This document shows positions 29,879-38,646 of a stretch of 59,116 nucleotides of DNA, one piece after another. The stretch comes from an uncultured Bacteroidota bacterium (lineage in GTDB: Bacteria > Bacteroidota > Bacteroidia > Bacteroidales > CG2-30-32-10). The number at the start of each line of letters is the position of its first letter. Position 1 is the stretch's first letter. The stretch is from contig CAISZK010000029.1 of the NCBI GenBank assembly GCA_903889915.1, positions 1 to 59,116 of the forward strand, written 5' to 3'. The position numbers and the translations under genes were made by a program. Under the pieces are notes generated by a model. That model saw nothing but the letters and a program-made list of their open reading frames with translations, made no database searches and was not told the DNA's origin.

Positions 29879-30985
29879 ATGAAAAGAGTAAGAATAGATG
29901 CCTACAATGTAGGCTTGGTTTTCAAGAAAAACAATTACAATAGAATTCTTCAACCGGGGGTTTACTGGCTTGGACTATCTGAAAGCATCAGTATTTTCAG
30001 CATGGCAAAACAATTCATTGCACCATGCAACCTCAACATTTTGCTTAATGATAAAGAATTCATGGATGCCACAATTTTCATAGAAATCAGGGATAACGAA
30101 ATCGCTCTGCAATATGAGAATGAACTTTTCGCTGGCGTTTTGACGCCGGGAAGATATGTTTTCTGGAAAGGACTTGTCAATTACAAATTCAATATTATTG
30201 ACCTGAACAATATTGAAATTGACAAGAACATTGAAAAATCCATTCTGTCAAGAAAGGAAGTAATTCCTTACATCAGGGTGGTCAATGTTGATTCTTATGA
30301 AAAATGTGTAATGTTCATTGATGGAAAATACGAAAAAACTCTTGAACCGGGAGCTTATCTTTTCTGGAAAAACATGACCACAATCAACGTTGCAAAAGTA
30401 GATATGAGAGCCATCCAGATGGAGATTTCAGGACAGGAAATTCTTACGAAGGATAAGGCAGCATTGAGGATCAATTTTTTTGTTCAATACAAAGTGGTTG
30501 ACGTAACAAAAGCGCTCGTGAACAACAAGGAATTCGAAAAACAACTTTATGTTTTGAATCAGTTAGCGCTTAGGGAATTTATCGGTGGTTACACGCTGGA
30601 TGAATTGCTTGAAAAGAAAGAGAACATCTCGCAATATGTTGTAGGTTCACTGAATGAAAAAGCCAAAGGGCTGGGAGTTTCAATAATTGGCTCGGGTATC
30701 AGGGATATTATTTTACCGGGCGATGTGAAAGATATCATGAATCAGGTGCTCGTAGCCGAAAAGAAAGCACAAGCCAACATTATCATGAGAAGGGAAGAAA
30801 CAGCCTCAACCAGAAGTTTGCTAAACACTGCCAAACTGATGGAAGAAAATTCAATGCTTTTCAAGTTAAAAGAAATGGAGTATGTTGAAAAAATTGCCGA
30901 GAAGATCAACAACATCTCTCTTTCAGGAAACAGCCTTCTGGTGGATCAGTTAAAACAAATTTTTGTTCCTGTGAAAAAACAATAA
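29879..30985 (+). CDS. SPFH/band-7 domain protein with three N-terminal ~45-aa beta-repeats
   Basis: C-terminal half (…ILTKDKAALRINFFVQYKVVDVTKAL…) is stomatin/HflK-like. N-terminal repeats end in PGxYxFW. Confidence 0.65.
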   Translation: MKRVRIDAYNVGLVFKKNNYNRILQPGVYWLGLSESISIFSMAKQFIAPCNLNILLNDKEFMDATIFIEIRDNEIALQYENELFAGVLTPGRYVFWKGLVNYKFNIIDLNNIEIDKNIEKSILSRKEVIPYIRVVNVDSYEKCVMFIDGKYEKTLEPGAYLFWKNMTTINVAKVDMRAIQMEISGQEILTKDKAALRINFFVQYKVVDVTKALVNNKEFEKQLYVLNQLALREFIGGYTLDELLEKKENISQYVVGSLNEKAKGLGVSIIGSGIRDIILPGDVKDIMNQVLVAEKKAQANIIMRREETASTRSLLNTAKLMEENSMLFKLKEMEYVEKIAEKINNISLSGNSLLVDQLKQIFVPVKKQ

Positions 30986-31050
30986 AAGTTCCAAGCTCCA
31001 AATTCCAAGCTCTCTCGCTTCCCTGGAATTTGGATTCTGGATCTTGTAAC

Positions 31051-31086
31051 TAGTGACTAATGACTATTGACTAATGACTGATGACA
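31051..31086. repeat. Heptamer (A/T)ATGAC(N) array
   Basis: tagtgactaatgactattgactaatgactgatgaca. Confidence 0.7.
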
Positions 31087-31096
31087 TTTCTCACAA

Positions 31097-32545
31097 ATGA
31101 TTAATTTTACAAACATGAAGAAGAATAAAATAAGCGGTGAAGACTTGTTGGCGATTGGCTATCCTGAGTTAAAAGTTATAGGGATCGCTTTGCAAATGAT
31201 TGATGAAAAATTCGGGGATTACGACAATGAAGATGTGCTGTCGTTGCTTACAGAGGTTCTGAAAGAACCACTGATTTTTGCAGACAGTGAAACATTTTCT
31301 CCGATCGCTACTGCTCTTATTGAATATAATGAAGCAAAATCCAGTGCAGAAGAGCTGGCGCTTAAAGACAACCCTATCCCCTATTCAATTTTCGGTAAAG
31401 AAAACATCGAAGAGGGAGCAATCATTCAGATGAATACTGCCATGAGCCTTCCTGTGACAGTTGCAGGAGCTTTAATGGCCGATGCACATCAGGGATATGG
31501 ATTGCCGATAGGCGGAGTACTTGCTGCGAACAATGCTGTTATTCCTTATGGTGTGGGTGTTGATATAGGCTGCAGAATGTGTCTGAGTATATACGATATT
31601 CCTGAAAATTTTTATTTCGACAATCAAAGTAAGTTCAAAAGAGAGCTGATAGCTTATACAAAATTTGGAGCAGGAGCAGGCTGGCATGGTAAAGATAAAG
31701 CGGATCATGCCATTCTTGAAAGAGAAGAATTCAGATCATTTCCACTGGTTAAAAATTTATTTGATAAGGCTGCTTCACAATTGGGAACTTCCGGAGGAGG
31801 AAACCATTTTGTTGAATGGGGAATTATTGAAATGAATGTAGAGGACGAAGTTCTTAAAGTTCCTAAAGGGAAATATCTGGCTTTGCTTTCGCATTCCGGT
31901 TCCAGAGGCTTTGGTGCAATGCTTGCAAACCACTACACCAGGCTTGCAAAAGAACTTTGTGCTTTGCCACAATCAGCAAAAAATCTGGCTTATCTCAGCC
32001 TCGATACAAGTGAGGGGCTGGAATATTGGCTGGCAATGAATCTTGCGGGAGATTATGCCTCGGCTTGTCATGAAATCATTCACAGCAGAATTACAAAGGC
32101 TATTGGAGGTACAGTTCTTGCAAAAGTGGAAAATCACCACAATTTTGCCTGGAAAGAAAAATACAACGATCAGGAAGTAATTGTGCACAGGAAAGGTGCG
32201 ACTCCTGCATCCAAAGGTACATTCGGCATCATTCCCGGTTCAATGACCGCTCCCGGATTTCTTGTAAAAGGTAAAGGAGAACCATCATCCATCAATTCAG
32301 CTTCACACGGAGCAGGAAGGCAGATGAGCAGAACACAGGCAATAAAAACTTTTACAAAAAACGATATGAGAGCCATACTTAAAGAACATGGAGTTACATT
32401 GATAGGTTCAGGTATTGATGAAGTGCCGATGGCATATAAAAATATAGAGGCTGTAATGTCAGCACAGTCGGGATTGGTTGATATCATTGCCAAATTCACA
32501 CCAAAAATGGTGAGAATGGCTGATGATGGATCGAGGGAAGATTGA
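31097..32545 (+). CDS. rtcB: RtcB family RNA 3'-phosphate ligase
   Basis: Signature motifs HQGYGLPIGGV, GGGNHFVEWG, HSGSRGFG and ENHHNFAW, with GAGRQMSR. Confidence 0.9.
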   Translation: MINFTNMKKNKISGEDLLAIGYPELKVIGIALQMIDEKFGDYDNEDVLSLLTEVLKEPLIFADSETFSPIATALIEYNEAKSSAEELALKDNPIPYSIFGKENIEEGAIIQMNTAMSLPVTVAGALMADAHQGYGLPIGGVLAANNAVIPYGVGVDIGCRMCLSIYDIPENFYFDNQSKFKRELIAYTKFGAGAGWHGKDKADHAILEREEFRSFPLVKNLFDKAASQLGTSGGGNHFVEWGIIEMNVEDEVLKVPKGKYLALLSHSGSRGFGAMLANHYTRLAKELCALPQSAKNLAYLSLDTSEGLEYWLAMNLAGDYASACHEIIHSRITKAIGGTVLAKVENHHNFAWKEKYNDQEVIVHRKGATPASKGTFGIIPGSMTAPGFLVKGKGEPSSINSASHGAGRQMSRTQAIKTFTKNDMRAILKEHGVTLIGSGIDEVPMAYKNIEAVMSAQSGLVDIIAKFTPKMVRMADDGSRED

Positions 32546-32912
32546 TTAATATTAATGAACTTCCCTATTCACCTCTATCATATTTTATCTTCATTACTTT
32601 CTGATCCCATTCCATCAATGACCATCAATGAGGGTGTGCATGTGGCGGGATAAACGCGGCAATGACCTTCAATTTTAATTGCAGAATTGTTTCAATTGCT
32701 TTTTGATTACTTTGTTTCCTAATTCAATTTTCGTACTATTTTTTCTCACTTTCACTTTTTGCTGTAAGCAATAAAGAAATGATTGTTGACAATTATTTCT
32801 AAGAAAGTAAGCCTGGAATCTGAAAATTATTTAATTTAGCCTATTCTTAGTTGGATTAATTTTTGTTACAAACCCAAGAAATCATTGTATTCAACACAAC
32901 TTAACCTTAAAG

Positions 32913-35075
32913 ATGAAAAAAGAATCCCCCAGGCAAAATAAGTCCGGCCAAATTGAAAACAATATATTGCGGCCAAAAGATCATGAAGGAGAAGAATTAA
33001 ATGGTCCCATAAGGGAGTTAAAGCAGAGCCTCTATAAAGCAAAAAATAAAAAGGGTGAAATTACACCGGGAAAGCCGGTGGAAAACGACCACCGTTTATT
33101 TAATTACCTTTTGCGTTTTAATGAAAAGGGTGCCAAAATTGAGGAACAAAGGATAGAAAATAATTCTGTAAAGTATCATCTCTTCTACAATGAATTTGGA
33201 AAAACTTCAAAAGAGATATACTATGAAAAATCAGGTGAGATAAATTTTATTGCCCATCATACATTTAATGATATAGGCTTGCAACTGGAAACCAATGTTG
33301 TTAAAGCTGACGGCACATGGATGTGGAAAGAGGTGCATGAATACAATGAGAAAAACCTGTTGATTTCAATAAAACATAGTTATCCCAATGAAAAAATGAA
33401 CAGGTTAAACACATACGGCTATGATGAACGTGGCAACAAAACAGAATCAAAAGGTATTAATGCAGACGGGAAAGTTTGGTCGTGGGACATCTGGAAATAT
33501 GATAGTCACAATAATGCCACCGAATTGAAAAGGATGAATTATGATGGGAAATGGGAAACATCTTATTTCCCCAGGGAATATGACGGAAATGGGGAATTAG
33601 TAAAACAAAATTATTTTGTACCGAAAAAGGATTCCGAAATTTACGAATTCAGTTGTGAAAGGGATAACCACGGTAACTGGATTGAAAAAGTTGAATATTA
33701 CAAAAATCTTCCTGTAAACTTTTATGTGAGGGAAATTTGTTATTTCGGTGAAGAGCCGAAGAAGAGTTCAATAAACAAAGTTGAAACGTCAGAAAAACTA
33801 TCAAACATGGAAAATAATTTGGATAATGCAAATGATAACACTGTTCATTCAGAGGAAACTGTAGGAAATGCTTCATACCCTCAATTGAGTTATGAGCAGG
33901 CTAAGTGGTTGGCAGAGGGAAGTTCCCAGGATTTTAATTCGCTGCGCTATTATATCATTATCAACAACGACATGCCTTCATCCTACACCTATGTAGGTAC
34001 GGATATTGAAGCAATAGCGCTGCTTGAAGAATTGAAGGAGAACATGGATGCACAATGCCTTCACACAAATATTTTGAATTATAGCGAGGATCGTGAAGAC
34101 CGTCTAATACGCTACACATTGTCATTCCCTGACAAGGGTTATCTGCTGAATGCAATTCAAATTCAAGCACGTGATGAGTATGAATATGATGTGCCTTCTT
34201 TTATTAAGAGTTACCACAAATTCAATGATGATAATGTTTACACAAGTCAGATAGCATTACTACGACCGGCAGACGCCTCCGGTAAAAGGAATAAGGATTT
34301 TGAAGAAGAACTACAGGAGTATATTGATAAATGTACTTTAGAGAAAGTCCCGGAGAAACCCTCAATATACATGGTTGAATCTGGTGGCAATGGCTACTGT
34401 CTGCGTTCACATGCCATCAATGATGATTTCGAAATAAAAAGTCTGGATACAAATTATGGCTATGGGTTTGAAAAGTTTCATAACGAGTTAATGGGGCGTT
34501 TTAAGTCAGAAACTAAAGGACTGATTCTTTTTCATGGTGAACCGGGAACAGGCAAAACCTATTATATTCGCCACCTGTTGCGCACCATGACAAGCAATGG
34601 TAAAGTGGTTATTTATATGCCGCCAAACATGGTTGACTACCTTATAGAACCTGGCTTTATGACATTTCTTTCCTCTGAAATTTCCAACTTTTCCGATGAG
34701 GGATATTTTTGCGCTCTGCTTATTGAAGACGCCGAACCTCTGCTTGCAGCACGTCAGGGTGATGTTCGCATTCAGGGGGTTTCAAACCTTTTGAATATGA
34801 CCGATGGATTGTTGAACGACATGCTCGATCTGCAGATAATTTGCACATTCAACGTAAAACTGAAAGAATTGGATAAGGCTCTGCTTCGTCCCGGAAGGCT
34901 TCTTGCCCGCAAAGAGTTCAAACGGCTGAGTGCCCTTGATGCAAATATACTGGGGCAGCAGTTAGGAGTGAAACATCATTTTACTGCACCTGCAACTATA
35001 GCCGAAGTATATGCAATGCTCAACAACAAAGGCACGGTTTTGCACGGAGTTGGGGATAGGGATGAAGAGGAATAA
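32913..35075 (+). CDS. AAA+ ATPase (classic clade, RPGRL) with a ~480-aa N-terminal repeat-containing domain of unknown function
   Basis: C-terminal Walker A FHGEPGTGKTY and Walker B LLIEDAEPLL, with ...ALLRPGRLLARKEF. The N-terminal domain has repeated ...DGK.W.W..YD..GN... modules. Confidence 0.75.
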   Translation: MKKESPRQNKSGQIENNILRPKDHEGEELNGPIRELKQSLYKAKNKKGEITPGKPVENDHRLFNYLLRFNEKGAKIEEQRIENNSVKYHLFYNEFGKTSKEIYYEKSGEINFIAHHTFNDIGLQLETNVVKADGTWMWKEVHEYNEKNLLISIKHSYPNEKMNRLNTYGYDERGNKTESKGINADGKVWSWDIWKYDSHNNATELKRMNYDGKWETSYFPREYDGNGELVKQNYFVPKKDSEIYEFSCERDNHGNWIEKVEYYKNLPVNFYVREICYFGEEPKKSSINKVETSEKLSNMENNLDNANDNTVHSEETVGNASYPQLSYEQAKWLAEGSSQDFNSLRYYIIINNDMPSSYTYVGTDIEAIALLEELKENMDAQCLHTNILNYSEDREDRLIRYTLSFPDKGYLLNAIQIQARDEYEYDVPSFIKSYHKFNDDNVYTSQIALLRPADASGKRNKDFEEELQEYIDKCTLEKVPEKPSIYMVESGGNGYCLRSHAINDDFEIKSLDTNYGYGFEKFHNELMGRFKSETKGLILFHGEPGTGKTYYIRHLLRTMTSNGKVVIYMPPNMVDYLIEPGFMTFLSSEISNFSDEGYFCALLIEDAEPLLAARQGDVRIQGVSNLLNMTDGLLNDMLDLQIICTFNVKLKELDKALLRPGRLLARKEFKRLSALDANILGQQLGVKHHFTAPATIAEVYAMLNNKGTVLHGVGDRDEEE

Positions 35076-35196
35076 AAGACCAAAGTCTCAAGTCTCAAGT
35101 CTCAAGTCTCAAATTCCAAATTCCAAGAGTCCGTGAGAAGAAGTGATCGGAGGAAGGATATAGAGAAGGAATAATTTGTCGTAAAATTGACTTGAG

Positions 35197-35310
35197 GTCA
35201 CAATTTATGACTTCAAAGAGAAACAAAGCTTATCACAATTTGTGACAACCACTTTTCTAATGTCACACATTGTGTCTTAGAAAAAAACAACTATCATAAA
35301 ATGTGATAAG
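35197..35310. promoter_or_regulatory. Three palindromic operator-like sites (TCACAAT-n-TGTGA type) upstream of the ORF6N gene
   Basis: ggtcacaatttatgac, tatcacaatttgtgacaa and tatcataaaatgtgataag. Confidence 0.35.
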
Positions 35311-35325
35311 ATAAAATGAGAAACT

Positions 35326-35835
35326 ATGAATGAACTTGTAACTAAAAAAGAAATCATCTCTCAAATCTTTTTTATCAGGGACGTGAAAGCGATGCTCGAT
35401 TTTCATTTGGCATCACTGTACGAAGTTGAGACAAAATAGTTAAAGCGTGCTGTAAGGCGTAATATAGAAAGGTTTCCTGAAGATTTTATGTTTGTTTTAA
35501 GCCAAAATGAACTTCAAAACTTGAGGCGTCAATTTGGCACCTCAAGTTGGGGTGGTTCCCGTTATTTGCCAATGGCATTTACCGAACAGGGAGTAGCAAT
35601 GCTCAGCAGTGTCTTACGAAGTGAAAGATCCGTGAAAATAAACATTGCAATTATGCGGGCATTCGTGAAAATGCGCGAATTGATTGATGATAATAAAGAA
35701 CTGAAAATGCGACTTGATAAAATGGAAGGCAAATACGACAAGCAGTTTCAGATAGTTTTTGAAGCGTTGCGGTCTATAATTGAAAAGAAAAATGAACCCC
35801 GGAAAGCTATAGGGTATAAAACCGTAAAAGAATGA
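35326..35835 (+). pseudogene. ORF6N domain protein (KilA-N-like) interrupted by a single in-frame TAG at 35437-35439
   Basis: [64 protein letters not shown]... is one continuous frame. The downstream ORF 35488-35835 carries the conserved ...WGGSRYLPMAFTEQGVAMLSSVL... core. Confidence 0.7.
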
Positions 35836-35933
35836 ACTTGTAAATTACACAGTATTGCAATTAATGGTATCAAATACGACCATGCATTAAACGAAGAAAA
35901 AATAAGAAATAATAATTGCCATGATAAAGAAAA

Positions 35934-36581
35934 TTGATATTGCAAAATTTGGACGTTTCAATAATTACCAGTGGGATAAAATCATTGGAAAATATGAAAG
36001 ACAATAAAAAACTTTACAAGATCAACCTCAACAATGATGAAGATGGCAGTATTTGGAACCTCCTTGTTTCAATGGTGATTGACAAAGCAAATTTCTTTAA
36101 ATTTCATTCGGTATTTACTAATCAGGGTGATTGGGTCTCTTCTGCAGTTTTGCATGCGCGTGAACATGCAAGAGAGTTAGGTTTTTCAAAGACCATTGCT
36201 GTGATATATCCTATGGAAAAAAAGCAACCTGATGGAGGTCATATTTATCAAATAATTGTAAAGATTGCTTTAGACCCCGAAATCAGGGCAAAGATCCGTT
36301 CTTATAAAACATTAACTGACATGGTTACTAAAAACGATGATGATATTTATAATCCATCATTCTTTTTTCATGGTATTACTTTGTTGAGTTCAGTTACCAG
36401 CATGGGCTTTGCGAAGATTTTACTTTCACCTGATGAAAAGAAAATACTGGATGGGAAAATTAGTTCCCTGAAAAGTAAAATGAAAGCAAAACCAATGAAT
36501 GACAGATATTTTATTCCGGCTAAAGAACTAATGAAAGAGTTTACGATAAAAGGAAGATTTTACAAATATGGGGAAGCATAA
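35934..36581 (+). CDS. Hypothetical protein
   Basis: 215-aa ORF with no recognisable motif. The true start is possibly the internal MKDNKK. Confidence 0.4.
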   Translation: MILQNLDVSIITSGIKSLENMKDNKKLYKINLNNDEDGSIWNLLVSMVIDKANFFKFHSVFTNQGDWVSSAVLHAREHARELGFSKTIAVIYPMEKKQPDGGHIYQIIVKIALDPEIRAKIRSYKTLTDMVTKNDDDIYNPSFFFHGITLLSSVTSMGFAKILLSPDEKKILDGKISSLKSKMKAKPMNDRYFIPAKELMKEFTIKGRFYKYGEA

Positions 36582-36593
36582 TGCCGGTCATTA

Positions 36594-37175
36594 TTGACTA
36601 TTGTCGCAAAGGATTACTATGAAAAAAAGCTAAAGGCCTTATTGGTTATAATGCTTAATCCCGGAAATTCCCGTCCGGTTGACAAAACCTATAAACCTGT
36701 ACAATTGAAAAATATTGCAATGGACACTTCCATTGATTTAATTGCCGCAACACCTGATAACACCCAATATCAAATCATGAGAGTGATGAAAGAATTAGGA
36801 TATACACTCGCTGCTATCATCAATATTCTTGATGTAAGGGAAACAGATAGCAGGAAACTGGCGAAAATGTCCGTGAATTTTGAAAAAGAAGAAACATCAA
36901 TTTTTCATAAAAACAGGAAAAAAGAACTCAAAGACAATTTGTGTTTTAAACAAGATGTGATTGTTGCATGGAGTTGTAAAATAGGAAAAGAAGCAACAGA
37001 CCTATTGTTGGATCGCATTAAAATCAATAATAACAGAATCTTTAGCAAAATAAATAAAGAAGGATTGGTGTGGCATGCAAATCCCAGGAACAAAAAACTA
37101 CAATGTGAGTGGCTTAATGAAATAATTACAGATATAAAGAAGTCGAAGTTGATGGATGATTTGCCCAGATATTGA
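36594..37175 (+). CDS. DUF1643-like protein
   Basis: ...LLVIMLNPGNSRPVD... and ...VIVAWSCKIG... resemble the DUF1643 LNPS...AWG signature. Confidence 0.4.
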   Translation: MTIVAKDYYEKKLKALLVIMLNPGNSRPVDKTYKPVQLKNIAMDTSIDLIAATPDNTQYQIMRVMKELGYTLAAIINILDVRETDSRKLAKMSVNFEKEETSIFHKNRKKELKDNLCFKQDVIVAWSCKIGKEATDLLLDRIKINNNRIFSKINKEGLVWHANPRNKKLQCEWLNEIITDIKKSKLMDDLPRY

Positions 37176-37723
37176 AAGATAAAAAAAAGTGGCTAAGAGG
37201 AAAGTAAGGTAAGCTTTGCTCTAAGTGGTATTTCAGTTATTATCTTTTCAGATATTTTTAAATATTTTTTTCAAAACATGTATTTGGAATAAAATTTTCT
37301 TATTAATTTTGCACCTTTCGATTTAAGTTATTAACCCCTACTCATAAGTGATAAACATAACTTGGATCTAGTCGATGTTTCATTTTTATGGAACATTCCC
37401 ATAGCTTGGATAACCAGCCATTCCCTGGTGCATTAAATGCATGGTCACCTATAGTGACTCCTCTTTGTGATAATTCGATTTCATAAACCCAAATCGAGTG
37501 ACTCTACTCTTTCCAAAAGAATTTCTTTTGCCTTGAGTAACTATGATCCTTATCCAAAATTAATTTGGAGCAGATGATGTGCGAATTTGTTCGCTATTCT
37601 CCACATGTAATTCGTTTCTATTTCCCGCCCCCTTACTCCCTTCACTTTTACCTGATAGAGGGATAAGGTTAGGGTAAATAAGAAACTGCCTTTTAAAAAC
37701 AATCTTTTAAAAAATTATTTACT

Positions 37724-38635
37724 ATGAAAAATTCAAGTTATGATTATTTCCAGGAAGAACTGGATAATCATGCAAATCAATTAAATCAAATCCCATCTCT
37801 CAACTTCCACCTAACCGGCTCCTGCAACATGCGCTGCCGTTACTGTTTTTCTCATTATGAGAAAGACCATGCTGAACTTGCTATGTCTATGCCCGAACAG
37901 GCACAGATAAAGCTTATCAGAGAATTGTTCACCATTGGCTTTCGCAAGATATCTTTTGCCGGTGGTGAGCCTACCTTGTGCAGACACCTGCCACGGTTGG
38001 TCCAGTTTTCAAAAAATATTGGTTTCACAACCATGCTTGTCACCAATTCATCCCGAATTGATGATGCGTTATTACGAAGTTTTCATGGAAGTCTCGATTG
38101 GCTTTGCATCAGCATTGACAGCCTGAAAACTTCAACAAATCTAGAGATAGGGCGCTGCCTGTCCAATGGTTTTGTTCTATGCGAGGATTATTACAAGCAA
38201 ATTATTGAGCTTGCCAGAGAGCATGGTTTGCGCTTAAAAATAAACACTGTGCTAAGCCGGTTCAACCTCCATGAAAACTTTACCGGTTTCCTGTTGTGGG
38301 CAAAACCCGAACGATGGAAGGTGTTCCAGGTACTGCCTGTTGTTGGGCAAAATGAAACTGCTTTCAATGAATGTTCCATCACTGAGGATGAAATGAGTCT
38401 GTTTCTGACAAAGCATGCATCACTGCAAAAACTGTTCGATATAATTCCGGAAAGAAACAATGACATGAAAGGCTCTTATGTGATGGTAAATCCTTCCGGA
38501 AGATTCTACTGCAACATCAACGGGCAGCATACCTACAGCGATCAGGTACTTGAAGCAGGAGCAAAAATGGCGATTGCTCAAATGTCTTATGATTTCGCGA
38601 AATTCATCAATCGTCAGGGTCTTTATAAATGGTAA
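37724..38635 (+). CDS. Prokaryotic viperin (pVip), a radical SAM enzyme that synthesises ddhNTP
   Basis: CNMRCRYCF (CxxxCxxC). ISFAGGEPTL, LKINTVLSRFN, RWKVFQVLPV and DMKGSYVMVN...LYKW align along the full length to the RSAD2 core. Confidence 0.85.
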   Translation: MKNSSYDYFQEELDNHANQLNQIPSLNFHLTGSCNMRCRYCFSHYEKDHAELAMSMPEQAQIKLIRELFTIGFRKISFAGGEPTLCRHLPRLVQFSKNIGFTTMLVTNSSRIDDALLRSFHGSLDWLCISIDSLKTSTNLEIGRCLSNGFVLCEDYYKQIIELAREHGLRLKINTVLSRFNLHENFTGFLLWAKPERWKVFQVLPVVGQNETAFNECSITEDEMSLFLTKHASLQKLFDIIPERNNDMKGSYVMVNPSGRFYCNINGQHTYSDQVLEAGAKMAIAQMSYDFAKFINRQGLYKW

Positions 38636-38646
38636 CCAATAAACTT

